Positions 18,744-29,239 are shown, counted from the first letter of the stretch. The stretch is 64,000 bases of DNA from Spirochaetia bacterium (GCA_963666985.2 CAXXIA010000002.1:2432001-2496000), one strand, 5' to 3'. Notes: generated from the letters alone by a model not told the origin. Made by a program: numbers and translations.

Positions 18744-20437
18744 ACGGTATACTTTCTTTCTTTTCATCACATGTGAGTCTGGAGCATATCAATGCCCTTT
18801 TGGTTCTCGGTGTTGTTCTTTTCGGAGGAACATGGGCCGGGCGTTTGTTTCAGACTTGGAAAATTCCTCAAGTGGTTGGATACATCACTCTCGGCGTTCT
18901 CTTGGGGCGAACCGGTTTGGGCTGGATTGACGCGGATACCCTGAAAAACCTTCAGCCCTTCAGTACCTTCGCCCTCGGCTTAATCGGATTCATGATAGGC
19001 GGAGAGCTGAAGATTCAAACCATTAAAAAATACGGCAGACAGTTCACCACCATTCTTCTTTTTGAATCTCTGGGGGCGTTTGTTATCGTTTCAATTCTTA
19101 TCGGAACGGCCGGCTGGTTCTTTTTCAAGAATGCCGCGTTTGCGATTTCATTGGGACTTCTTATGGGTTCCATATCATCGGCCACCGCTCCGGCCGCAAC
19201 AACGGATGTGCTTTGGGAGAATAAAACCAAAGGACCTCTGACAACGATAGTCCTGGGAATTGTCGCTTTGGATGATGCCGTTGCTCTGCTTCTTTTCGCC
19301 GTTTCTTCGAGTGTCGCGGGAATCCTCCTGGGCGGAGGCGCCGATCATAGTCTTCTTCCCAGTCTTCTGAATCTCATTTGGGAAATAGGAATCGCGGTGG
19401 TTTTAGGGGTTGGCATGGGATTCATCCATTACCGGAGTATTCGAAGCTTCGCCGATGAAAACAGAATATTGGCCTTTTCCATCGGTGCCATAGTCCTTCT
19501 GATCGGAATAGCGAATTTCCTTGATGTGGATGTCATTCTGGCGGCTATGAGCATGGGATTTTTTACCATTAATTTCGCTCCGCGGCGCAGCAAGGAAACG
19601 TTTAAGTTCGTAGAGCGTTTTACTCCGCCGGTATATGTTTTGTTTTTTGTCATGGTCGGAGCCAAGCTTAACGTAAGGGGGCTTTCGGCGATTACTTTGT
19701 TTATGGCGGGAATCTACCTAATCGGAAGAATCGCCGGTAAGTCCGTCGGGGCGATTCTCGGTGCTCTTGTATCGAAGGCTCCCGGATCGGTTCGCCGGTA
19801 TCTTCCCTTCTGTCTTTTAAGTCAGGCCGGCGTGGCCATCGGATTGTCCATTATCGCGGGGCAGGCTTTCGTCGGGACTCTCGGGGATACGATTGTCATG
19901 ATTATCACGGCCACCACGTTCATCGTGCAGCTCGCCGGCCCTCCTTTGGTAAAGATAGCCGCGCTGAAGGCCGGAGAGGTCGGTCTGAATATTACCGAAG
20001 AAGATCTTATCCGCCGGAGCCGAGCCAAAGATATCGCCGACAAGGACATTCCCTCCATTCCCGAAAACATGGATATCGGTTCGGTTGTGAAAATCTTCGC
20101 CGAGCACGACAATCTTTATTATCCGGTTGTGAATGACGAGGGTGTTCTTATGGGAATCCTGCCCATCGAGACATTGAAAGATACATTTCTTCTCTCCGAT
20201 CTTTCTCCGCTTTTATTGGCGCACGACATTATGGAACGAGCCGAATTCACATGCCGTGAAGAGACCGAGGCAACGGAGATAACGGATATTTTCAGGCAGA
20301 GAGGGGTTGCGTCGATCCCCGTTCTCGACGGAGAAGGACGAGTTACGGGAATGATTGAGTTTCGGCGCATGCAGCAGCACTTTGCCAGGCAGCTGGCGGC
20401 GCTTCGGGAAAAAGCGACGGCTTTGGAGGCGAACTGA
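18740..20437 (+). CDS. Cation:proton antiporter (CPA2/Kef-like) with C-terminal CBS pair
   Basis: Multi-TM region with ATAPAAT, VALDD, SQAGVAIGL; CBS motifs YYPVVNDEGVLMGI and SIPVLDGEGRVTGMI. Confidence 0.9.
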   Translation: MNGILSFFSSHVSLEHINALLVLGVVLFGGTWAGRLFQTWKIPQVVGYITLGVLLGRTGLGWIDADTLKNLQPFSTFALGLIGFMIGGELKIQTIKKYGRQFTTILLFESLGAFVIVSILIGTAGWFFFKNAAFAISLGLLMGSISSATAPAATTDVLWENKTKGPLTTIVLGIVALDDAVALLLFAVSSSVAGILLGGGADHSLLPSLLNLIWEIGIAVVLGVGMGFIHYRSIRSFADENRILAFSIGAIVLLIGIANFLDVDVILAAMSMGFFTINFAPRRSKETFKFVERFTPPVYVLFFVMVGAKLNVRGLSAITLFMAGIYLIGRIAGKSVGAILGALVSKAPGSVRRYLPFCLLSQAGVAIGLSIIAGQAFVGTLGDTIVMIITATTFIVQLAGPPLVKIAALKAGEVGLNITEEDLIRRSRAKDIADKDIPSIPENMDIGSVVKIFAEHDNLYYPVVNDEGVLMGILPIETLKDTFLLSDLSPLLLAHDIMERAEFTCREETEATEITDIFRQRGVASIPVLDGEGRVTGMIEFRRMQQHFARQLAALREKATALEAN

Positions 20438-20438
20438 A

Positions 20439-21332
20439 ATGAAATTCGGATCGTTGGTGGATAAGGAATGCATCATAATCGGGAATGGCTTCAAGAGCAT
20501 TGACGAAGCTATCGATGGTTTAATTGAGCTTTTTTTCCGAAGAAAAAAGCTTCCTATGAATCCGGAGGAAGTCAGCCGAATTGTTCGAAATCGGGAACAG
20601 CTCGGCGGAACGGTTTTGCCGTCGGGGCTCGCCATTCCGCATGGCCGTATCGAGGGTTTTCACGATCTTTTAATCGGTATTTGGATTCCGGAATCTCCTC
20701 TTGAGACCGATCACGGCACGGTCCGGTTTCTTGTTTTTTCTTTAACTTCAAAATCCGGAACCGCTCTCTATTTGCCGATGCTTGCTGCCTTGGCCAGGTT
20801 TTCGCAGAACGAAGAGGCCATGGGACATTTCCTTTCGGTTCGGGATAAGCATGAAGCGCATCGGATTCTCGACGATATTATCCTGAAGCAGGAAATAACG
20901 GTTGAGGACATCATGACCCGAGAACCGGTAACTTGTAAGCCCGAAGCGACGGTGGCCGAATTGGCCGATATTTTTTATCAAAAGAATCTCAGCTATCTGC
21001 CGGTCGTGGATGGAAAAGGGACTCAGATTGGAGAGGTGACGATAAAGGATCTTATTTCCCGCGGAATCCCCGATTATGTCCGGCGGCTGGCGAATACCCG
21101 TTTTCTGAAAACTCTGGAGCCTTTTGAAGCTTTGCTGAAGGAAGAGGATAAAATCCAGGTGAAAGAAATCATGAGAAAGCCGTCGCGAAAGGTTACTCCG
21201 GATGCGTCGATTATCGAAGCCGCCACCCTTATGACCAATCACGGATTCAGGCATCTGCCGGTTCTGGAGAAAGGGAAAGTCATCGGTATCGTCAGTGAAA
21301 CGGACATCCTGAAGAAAGTCATCAGGGGGTAG
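20439..21332 (+). CDS. PTS EIIA domain fused to CBS pair
   Basis: REQLGGTVLPSGLAIPHGR, then VEDIMTREPVT...YLPVVD and RHLPVLEKGKVIGIVSETD; ATG at 20439. Confidence 0.88.
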   Translation: MKFGSLVDKECIIIGNGFKSIDEAIDGLIELFFRRKKLPMNPEEVSRIVRNREQLGGTVLPSGLAIPHGRIEGFHDLLIGIWIPESPLETDHGTVRFLVFSLTSKSGTALYLPMLAALARFSQNEEAMGHFLSVRDKHEAHRILDDIILKQEITVEDIMTREPVTCKPEATVAELADIFYQKNLSYLPVVDGKGTQIGEVTIKDLISRGIPDYVRRLANTRFLKTLEPFEALLKEEDKIQVKEIMRKPSRKVTPDASIIEAATLMTNHGFRHLPVLEKGKVIGIVSETDILKKVIRG

Positions 21333-21335
21333 ACC

Positions 21336-22610
21336 ATGGTTCAAATCATTATCGGTGTAGCCTTCTTTATCCTGCTCTTCATTCTCATCTCTTTGGAAGT
21401 GGTTAATAAGACCATTCTTGCCATCCTCGGCGCCGTTCTGTTTATTTCCATGGGAATCCTCGATCAGTCCGAGGCCTTTAAAGATGTGGACTGGGATGTC
21501 ATTTTTCTTCTAATCGGCATGATGGTGATTGTCGGTGTAACGAAGCGTTCCGGGCTGTATCAATACATCGCCATAAAATCGGCCAAGGCGGTCGGCGGCG
21601 ATCCGGTGAAGATTCTTATTCTTTTTTCATTGATAACCGCAGTAATGTCCGCGTTTTTGGATAATGTCACTACCGTTCTTATTCTCACACCCGTGATGAT
21701 TTTAATTGCCGTTGAGCTGGGTTTGAGTCCCGTACCGTTCATTATCAGCTCCGCTTTGGCATCCAATATAGGAGGAACGGCCACTCTTATCGGCGATCCT
21801 CCCAACATCATGATTGGCAGCGCCGCCGGACTCGGTTTTACGGATTTTCTTATAAACCTTGGTCCGCTTATTCTGATTCTCCTGGTTATTCACTGCGGTA
21901 TGATTTTTCTCTTTTTCCGGAAGGATATGAATGTGAGCATGGAACGGCGCGCCCGAATTATGGAATTCGACGAGAGCGCGAGTCTCTCCGATCGCGCTAT
22001 TCTTGTAAAAAGCCTTTCGGTTTTGCTTCTTGTTATTGTCGGTTTTCTTCTCCATGGCGTAACGAATATCGAGCCGGCAACAATCGCTCTCGGAGGTGCC
22101 GCGCTTCTTATGCTTCTTGTCGGCGGAGAAGAAGTAGACGGTTATTTTCATGAAGTTGAATGGGAAACCATCTTTTTCTTCTTCGGTCTTTTCATCATGG
22201 TGGGCGGTTTGGTGGAACTGGGAGTTATCGATAAACTGGCGGCGGCCTATCTGAAACTTACCGGAGGGAATATCGAGAAGACGTCTTTTTCCCTTATATG
22301 GGTAAGCGGTCTTCTCTCGTCGTTCCTTGACAATATTCCTTATGTCGCGACGATGATTCCCTTGGTAAAGAGCATGGGAACCGAGATCGGCGCTTCGGCG
22401 ATAACACCCATTTGGTGGTCTCTGGCCATTGGATCCTGCCTGGGCGGCAACGGAACTCTTATCGGCGCTTCGGCCAATGTCGTGAGTTCCGGAATCAGCG
22501 GCAGGAGCGGATATAAAATCAGCTTTCTGGAGTTTACTAAATACGGTTTTATCTCCATGGTGATTTCTTTGGCGGTATCAAGCGTGTACATTTTTGTTGT
22601 TTTCCTCTGA
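21336..22610 (+). CDS. ArsB/NhaD (ion transporter superfamily) permease
   Basis: SAFLDNVTT, ASNIGGTATLIGDPPN, LDNIPYVA, GGNGTLIGASAN. Confidence 0.92.
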   Translation: MVQIIIGVAFFILLFILISLEVVNKTILAILGAVLFISMGILDQSEAFKDVDWDVIFLLIGMMVIVGVTKRSGLYQYIAIKSAKAVGGDPVKILILFSLITAVMSAFLDNVTTVLILTPVMILIAVELGLSPVPFIISSALASNIGGTATLIGDPPNIMIGSAAGLGFTDFLINLGPLILILLVIHCGMIFLFFRKDMNVSMERRARIMEFDESASLSDRAILVKSLSVLLLVIVGFLLHGVTNIEPATIALGGAALLMLLVGGEEVDGYFHEVEWETIFFFFGLFIMVGGLVELGVIDKLAAAYLKLTGGNIEKTSFSLIWVSGLLSSFLDNIPYVATMIPLVKSMGTEIGASAITPIWWSLAIGSCLGGNGTLIGASANVVSSGISGRSGYKISFLEFTKYGFISMVISLAVSSVYIFVVFL

Positions 22611-22986
22611 AGCCGGCATGATTTCAGACGGAATCCGAAGCTCTCATCGAGACTGATCTCTTCTGATTTTTCCTTTTTTTTCTTTCTTTACCCACCCGAT
22701 GGAGTCGTTTTTTCGGTAAGAAATTCATTTTTCTTGCCGAAAGGCGCTGAAGGAAAAGGAATCTATAAATAAACAAAAGATATCTCTTTGTAAAAAGGGA
22801 ATATTATAACTCACAAATATATCACAAATTAAATAAAACATAGAAAAAATTGAATTTAATATTAATTAATAACGAATTTATTCTGCTCTAATTATTATTG
22901 CGGCTTTAACTTCCATTAAGAAAAAGTGCTTGATTTCCGCGTTATTACACGTCGATGATATTTATGGAATGGGAGAGTTTTATGTC

Positions 22987-25142
22987 ATGAAGGATGTTGA
23001 AATCATTGCCGATACCGAGGACTCGGATTTTCTAAGAATTTTAGAGAATATTGAAGCCTTTGAAGAAGGCGATTTGCTTGGCTTAACCGCGATTAATGAA
23101 TTGATAAGAAAACTCTCTGAAAACAATGTAGATAATTTGGTGGGAAAAATATCGGAAATTATTATGCCCTGTTTTCAGGGGCTTGGAGTCATAGATTCTC
23201 AGAAGACATTCCTTAATGAAGTAAAAAGGGTGCTGAACTCGGCAAAAAAAATAAAATAAGCATTGAAGAAGCGGCGAATGTTCTTTCAAAATATTTTGCC
23301 CAAGAAGAATCTCCCGGTAATTGTAAAGCGGAAGAAGACACGGAACTCATTGTTACCGAAGAATGGTTTGAAGGCCTGATTCAGGATGAGGAAATGTTCC
23401 GAAAATTTGTTTCGGAAATTAGCGAACATTTGGAGAATGTTCAGTTGGCTCTTCTGGAACTGGAATATGATTCGGCGAATAAGGAAAACATCAACACGAT
23501 TTTCCGTGCCTTTCATACGATAAAAAGTTCTTCCGCATTCCTGGGCGTTAAAAACCTTGAAGAAACGGCCCATTACATTGAGAACATGCTGGCATTGGTT
23601 CGTGACGGAGAAATCCAAGTATCTCCGGAACTTGTGGATATCGTGTTTTACAGTGTCGGATTTGTTAAAGATCTGGCCGAGGTTTTTGAACGGGCTCAGT
23701 ATAAAAACGAAACCATAATTAAAAGTTTTCTCGGAATCGACATTCGTCCGATAATTCGCGTTATTAGAAAAATCACCACCGAAAGGCGAACGAAAAAAAT
23801 CGGAGAAATCCTCACCGAACTGGGCAAAATCGATGACGATAAGATTCAGGAAATTCTCGGACGGCAGAAGAAAGAGAATCGGCGCTTCGGAGAGATTGCC
23901 CTGGAAGAGAAGGTCGTGGCCGAGGAAGATATCGCCGCCGCCGTTCAGGTTCAGACGAGTCAAAAGAATAAATTTTCCTATGTGAAAGTCGCCTCCGCCC
24001 GACTGAATGATTTGGTTGATATGGTCGGAGAATTGGTTGTGAATCAGTCCATGATTCGTGAGGAAGTCGTCTCCGGTATACAGGTTCAGGAACGGGAACT
24101 TCGTCAGCTGAATCTGATTACAACAAACATTAAGAACATTGTTCTCTCGATGGGTATGGTGCCTATCGAAGAGGTGTTCAACAAGCTTCGCGTTGTCATC
24201 AGGAACGCCTCGCGTGAAACCGGAAAAATCGTTGAAACGGTTATCAGCGGAGAAGATACGGAACTGGATCGAAATCTCATTGAAGCGATTCACGATCCTC
24301 TGGTGCATATGGTGCGCAACGCGGTGGATCACGGATTGGAAGAAACCGCCGAGCGGGAGGCCTTGGGGAAGAAGCCCGTCGGCTTAATCAATATTTCGGC
24401 GGAACATAAGGGCAACGGCATTCAAGTCACCGTTCGTGATGATGGTAAGGGTATTGATCGAGAACGGATTGTTGAGAAAGCCGTAGAAAAGGAACTGATT
24501 AAGAAAGACGAAGCCCCGCGCTATCTGGCCGATGAAAAACTCTGCTACGAGCTGATGTTCAGCCCCGGATTTTCAACGGCCAAGAAGGTCACCGAACTTT
24601 CCGGCCGGGGAGTCGGTTTGGACGTTGTGAAGATGAATCTGGATAAGATTCATGGAAAAATTGAAGTTTTTTCCGAGAAAGGTCAGGGAACGTCGTTCAT
24701 AATCAAACTTCCCTTAACTCTTGCCATAATCGACGGCTTTGTAACGAGAGTCTGCGAAGAACGCTATATTTTCTCTTTCAATTTAATCAAAGGAATTATC
24801 GTTCCGACGGAAGAGAATGTACGAAAAATGGAGGATGGAGAAATAATCCTCTATGATCGCGGACGGCATATTCCCATTATTTTTACCGAAGAACTCGTTA
24901 CGGGGAATCCGGTTAATAAGCGGCCTGGTGAATACATTATTTTGCTTATTAATTACGAGGATTCACTTTATGGGATAGCCGTGGATGAGGTTTTGGGAAA
25001 GCAGGAAATTGTCATAAAAAGTCTTAATGAAGTTCTTCGGGAAATGAATCTTTTTTCCGGCGGAACGATTTTCGGAGACGGAACCATCGGCTTTGTGGTT
25101 GATATCGATGAATTTATTCGGAAAGCCCAATCGGATTACTAA
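22987..25142 (+). pseudogene. cheA: Chemotaxis histidine kinase CheA copy 1, split by a 1-nt frameshift at A8 (23244-23251)
   Basis: ORF 22987-23259 matches the N-terminus of CheA copy 2 (FEEGDLLGL; IIMPCFQ vs IIPCFQ); ORF 23394-25142 carries Hpt FRAFHTIKS, HMVRNAVDHG, SGRGVGLDVV and a CheW domain; one extra A joins the two frames. Confidence 0.85.
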
Positions 25143-25163
25143 ATATTAGAAAAGGAGGGAAGA

Positions 25164-25526
25164 ATGATAATGATCGTGGACGACTCGGCGATAGGCCGTG
25201 ACGTTATTAAAAAGGCTTTATCAATGAACGGTTATAAGGAAGTTCTTGAGGCCGAAAACGGTGCGGTGGGATTGGAAAAATCCAAAGCGAATCAAGGTGC
25301 GATTAAGTTGTATATCCTGGATATCAACATGCCGGTCATGGACGGACTGACCCTCCTGGAAGAGATTCGGAAATACGACACGGCGACTCCGGTGATTATG
25401 CTCACCACGGAAACGGATAAAGCAAAAATGGCACACGCGAAAAGTCTCGGTGCAACGGGTTGGATGATCAAACCGTTCAACGAAGAACAGTTAATGAACG
25501 TCATCAGAATGGTAGTGAAGGAGTAG
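25164..25526 (+). CDS. cheY: CheY-like single-domain response regulator, copy 1
   Basis: [25 protein letters not shown]. Confidence 0.93.
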   Translation: MIMIVDDSAIGRDVIKKALSMNGYKEVLEAENGAVGLEKSKANQGAIKLYILDINMPVMDGLTLLEEIRKYDTATPVIMLTTETDKAKMAHAKSLGATGWMIKPFNEEQLMNVIRMVVKE

Positions 25527-25529
25527 GGC

Positions 25530-27440
25530 ATGGCGAATAAAAAATCAATGGGTTTGTCGTTTAAGATCATTGGGATGGTGGTGATTCTTTTCTTGATTGT
25601 ATTGGGACTGATTACCATTTTGGTCAGTAAAAGAATCAACGATGGAATCAGTGAAGTTCAAATATCCAATATGGAACAATCCGCTCAGCAGTATCAGAGT
25701 CTGCTGGATGAGGTTTTTCTGAATCTGGGAAGAAGGGTTCAACTGGTTGCTCAGAAAAATGAAGTGATTCAGGCGTATAATGAGAACGATGAGGATTCTC
25801 TCCAATCGCTCAGCAGGGCAAGTTATGAATCTGTAGAGAATTCCTATGAAGCTTTTTTCACGGATAGTAATGGAGAAATCCTTTCCAGTTATCCAAATAA
25901 GGAGCGTATTGGTTTGGATATTGCCGATAGTGATTTCTGGGAGCCGGTATCATCACTGCATAAAACTTCATTTATTTCTTCGTATATTTATAAAAATGAA
26001 AAAGGAGTTTATGTCTTATCTTTTGCTTCTCCGGTCGTGATTAACAATCGTTTTTCCGGAATATTCGTAGTGGAACTGGATATGCAGAGTTTTGCGGATC
26101 AATACATCAATCCTTCCAAATATGGTGAATCCGGATACGCTTTCATTTTTGATGATAAGGGAACTTTAGCGGCTCATCGTACGGAAATGGGCGCTAATAT
26201 ATCTGGGGAGGCTTGGTTCCAGAAGATCGTTAAATCATCCGAAAAGTCAGGCATTGAGTATTATGAAAAAGACGGTCGGATGAAGTACCAGTTCTTTCAT
26301 CAATTATCCTCTTTGCCCTGGTATGTTTCCGCAAGTATTGATGAAAATGATTTATTAAGCCTTTCCATCCAAATGCGCAATCAAATCATTATAATCAGTG
26401 CCGTATCTCTTGCCGTTTTGGTTGTGATTTTAATATTGGCTATTATGCTCCTGGTCGGCCGGCCGATATCGAGAATAACCAACGACCTTTCTTCCGGATC
26501 AAATAATCTGGAATCCGCATCTTATCAGATATCCTCATCAAGCCAGGAGCTTTCCAGCGGATCTTCCGAGCTGGCTTCGAGCATTGAAGAAATCACCTCG
26601 TCCCTTGAAGAGCTTCAGTCCGTGGTGGAAATGAACACCAAAAATATCAATCAAAGCGAATTGATGATGAAGGAAACCACGGAAGGAACGGAAAAGGTGA
26701 CTCAGCGTATGGGGGAACTGAAATCCGCCGTAAATGAGATAGGGGAGAACAGCAAGAAGATCGTAAAGATCATCAAAGTGATTGAAGACATTGCCTTCCA
26801 GACGAATATTCTGGCGCTGAATGCGGCGGTGGAAGCGGCACGGGCCGGCGATGCCGGTCGGGGCTTCGCCGTTGTGGCCGATCAGGTAAAGGAGTTGGCT
26901 CATAAGAGTTCCGAGGCGGCAAAAGAAACAGCGGTATTGATTGAGAAAGCATCGGAGAGTGCCGACAGAGGAGAAAGCCTTGGCGGTGAGGTAATGGAAG
27001 TTCAGGCAAGCGCCGGGGAAATGGCCGCGAAGGTCGGGGTTCTTCTCGATGAGGTGAATCGGGCTTCCAAGGAGCAGATGAAAGGAATCAATCAGATTAC
27101 ACAGGCCATTACCCAGACCAATTCGGTTGTGCAGCAGACGGCCGCCAGTGCCGAGGAAACGGCGGCTGCCAGCGAAGAGCTTTTGAGTCAGGCCGAAGGC
27201 CTTAATGACGTCGTCGATCGATTGAACATTATCGTGAAGGGCCGTTCGGATAATGCCACAACGACCAAGAGGTCCGCTTCCGAGGGAACAAAGACCGTAC
27301 GGACGGAGAACGGCGAATCCGCGGTGAGAACGAAAATTTTAAAAACACCGAAAGCGGATCTTCGCTCTGAGGAATCGGGAATCAGTTTGGCTTCTGCGGA
27401 AGAGCAGATTCCGCTTGAAGAAGAATTCAGCGAGTTCTAG
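25530..27440 (+). CDS. Methyl-accepting chemotaxis protein with Cache-like sensor, copy 1
   Basis: Two TMs, Cache-like [35 protein letters not shown]-terminal EFSEF. Confidence 0.95.
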   Translation: MANKKSMGLSFKIIGMVVILFLIVLGLITILVSKRINDGISEVQISNMEQSAQQYQSLLDEVFLNLGRRVQLVAQKNEVIQAYNENDEDSLQSLSRASYESVENSYEAFFTDSNGEILSSYPNKERIGLDIADSDFWEPVSSLHKTSFISSYIYKNEKGVYVLSFASPVVINNRFSGIFVVELDMQSFADQYINPSKYGESGYAFIFDDKGTLAAHRTEMGANISGEAWFQKIVKSSEKSGIEYYEKDGRMKYQFFHQLSSLPWYVSASIDENDLLSLSIQMRNQIIIISAVSLAVLVVILILAIMLLVGRPISRITNDLSSGSNNLESASYQISSSSQELSSGSSELASSIEEITSSLEELQSVVEMNTKNINQSELMMKETTEGTEKVTQRMGELKSAVNEIGENSKKIVKIIKVIEDIAFQTNILALNAAVEAARAGDAGRGFAVVADQVKELAHKSSEAAKETAVLIEKASESADRGESLGGEVMEVQASAGEMAAKVGVLLDEVNRASKEQMKGINQITQAITQTNSVVQQTAASAEETAAASEELLSQAEGLNDVVDRLNIIVKGRSDNATTTKRSASEGTKTVRTENGESAVRTKILKTPKADLRSEESGISLASAEEQIPLEEEFSEF

Positions 27441-27451
27441 GAATAATCATT

Positions 27452-27913
27452 ATGTCGGAAATTGATAAATATTTGATTTTTTCCATCCTTTCGGAATATT
27501 ACGGAATCCCGATTATTAAGGTTCGGGAAATCATCCGGCATGAGAAAATCACACCGGTAAGAAAAACCTTGGAGTATATCAAGGGTGTGATTAATCTTCG
27601 GGGAAAAATCATCCCCGTGCTGGATTTGCGCAATAAGTTCGGACTCCCGGAAGTGGAATACGACGACAAGACGGTTTTCGTTATTGTGGATATCAGCGGT
27701 AAAATGGGATTCTACAATTTGGGGCTGGCCGTCGATGCGGTTCATGAAGTGGTGGATATCGCGAAGGACAATCTTGAGGATACTCCCCGGCTGGGGCTGA
27801 AGATGAAGTCTCATTATTTGTTGGGCATCGCCCGAATGAAAGATGAAATGACGATGATTTTGAATCTGGATACGATTGTGTCGGCGGACGAGATTATCAG
27901 TCTCACTGAATAA
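27452..27913 (+). CDS. cheW: Chemotaxis adaptor CheW, copy 1
   Basis: YGIPIIKVREI, KGVINLRGKIIPVLDLR, GLAVDAVHEV. Confidence 0.96.
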   Translation: MSEIDKYLIFSILSEYYGIPIIKVREIIRHEKITPVRKTLEYIKGVINLRGKIIPVLDLRNKFGLPEVEYDDKTVFVIVDISGKMGFYNLGLAVDAVHEVVDIAKDNLEDTPRLGLKMKSHYLLGIARMKDEMTMILNLDTIVSADEIISLTE

Positions 27914-27918
27914 TAGGT

Positions 27919-28992
27919 GTGAAAATGGTCCGGGTACTTATTGTTGATGACTCTGCCATTGTACGGAGTGTTCTTGAGGAAGAGTTAAGCAAGTATCCCG
28001 ATATCGAGGTATTGGGAACGGCCCCGGACCCTTTTGTCGCCCGAAACAAGATATTGAAGCTGAAACCGGATGTTCTCACGCTGGATATCGAAATGCCGAG
28101 GATGGACGGTCTGACGTTCTTGAAGAAACTGATGACCTATTATCCATTGCCCATAATCATCGTGAGTTCGGTAACGGCGGATGATGCCAAGGCCTCGATT
28201 CGTGCGTTGGAACTCGGCGCGTTCGATGTTGTAAATAAACCGTCGGGAGCCATATCGATAAAGGATTCGATAGACGAGATTCATGAGAAGCTCTTGAGCG
28301 CCTGGCAGGTAAAAGATACCTATCTGAGCAGACGGAGTGCGGTTCTCAGTAAGCTTCAGCCGAATAAAGTTACGGTGAAGGAGGAGTATCTCCAGCAGCT
28401 GAAAACCACCGATACGGTAATTGGGATTGGCTCTTCCACGGGAGGTACCGTTGCGCTGGAGCATATTTTCACCTCTCTTCCGGCGAACCTTCCCCCGATA
28501 CTTGTGGTTCAGCATATGCCTCCCGGATATACGGATTCGTTTGCCAAAAGACTGAACGAGCTTTCGGCCTTGACCATTAAGGAATCGGAAGACGGAGAGC
28601 TGGTACAAAAAGGGACGGTGTATATTGGGAAAGGCGGATATCATATCAAAGTCCGCCGCCGCGGTGCCGCGCTGTACATTGTTCATACCGAAGAGGAAAA
28701 GGTTCAGTATCAGAGGCCGTCCGCCGATGTTTTATTTTTCTCCATGGCGGAGGTTATCGGCCGGAATGCCGCCGGTTTCATCCTTACGGGAATGGGGAGG
28801 GATGGAGCGGAAGGATTGCTGAAGATGAAGCGCTCCGGTGCCTGGACCGTGGCTCAGGATGAAGAGAGCAGCATTGTATGGGGAATGCCGCGAGCGGCGG
28901 TTGAACTGAATGCTGCGCATAAAGAGGTGTCGCTGAACGATATCCCTCGTTCCATCGTCGATTTCTCCACCGGAAAAAACTCAAAAGACTAA
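27919..28992 (+). CDS. cheB: Chemotaxis methylesterase CheB (REC + esterase), copy 1
   Basis: LDIEMPRMDG, GSSTGG, VQHMP, LTGMGRDGA, VWGMPRAA. Confidence 0.96.
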   Translation: MKMVRVLIVDDSAIVRSVLEEELSKYPDIEVLGTAPDPFVARNKILKLKPDVLTLDIEMPRMDGLTFLKKLMTYYPLPIIIVSSVTADDAKASIRALELGAFDVVNKPSGAISIKDSIDEIHEKLLSAWQVKDTYLSRRSAVLSKLQPNKVTVKEEYLQQLKTTDTVIGIGSSTGGTVALEHIFTSLPANLPPILVVQHMPPGYTDSFAKRLNELSALTIKESEDGELVQKGTVYIGKGGYHIKVRRRGAALYIVHTEEEKVQYQRPSADVLFFSMAEVIGRNAAGFILTGMGRDGAEGLLKMKRSGAWTVAQDEESSIVWGMPRAAVELNAAHKEVSLNDIPRSIVDFSTGKNSKD

Positions 28993-29239
28993 TCGGAGGG
29001 GATGTTTTACGCGGCGAATAACCATAAAACATTCACATTGAATCCCATGAGTCATTTCAGGTTCCATAATCCTTTATAGAATCCTAAGTATACTTTTTGA
29101 AAGAAGCTGCTTAAAAACAGCCGGCAGAGAAGTTTTTTTAATCGAATATATTACAAAAAGAATAATACAAACGGACAAATTTGATTTTTCTCCTATTGAA
29201 GCACGAGAATTGGTGTGCGGATAGGAGTTTGATAAAACC

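Larger units (their letters stand above)
23331..28974 (+). repeat. Chemotaxis cassette tandem duplication, copy 1 (nucleotide-level homology)
   Basis: Matches 29591-35240 at an offset of about 6260-6280 nt, with long identical tracts (most of cheB) interrupted by divergent patches. Confidence 0.95.

Noticed and set aside
22712..22741. Hairpin TTCGGTAAGAAA/TTTCTTGCCGAA with adjacent GCC-GAAA-GGC as a c-di-GMP riboswitch before cheA
   Set aside because: Lacks the GCAAAC/GACGCAAA pattern and second stem; at best a weak terminator.
23286..24332. Long antisense ORFs over cheA (also 29483-30592) and over cheB, lacI, selD and the GGDEF gene
   Set aside because: Shadows of well-supported genes; no recognisable motifs or RBS.
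29197..29224. Sigma28- or sigma54-like promoter before cheA copy 2
   Set aside because: Key GG/GC dinucleotides missing for sigma54; spacing and -10 match poor for sigma28.
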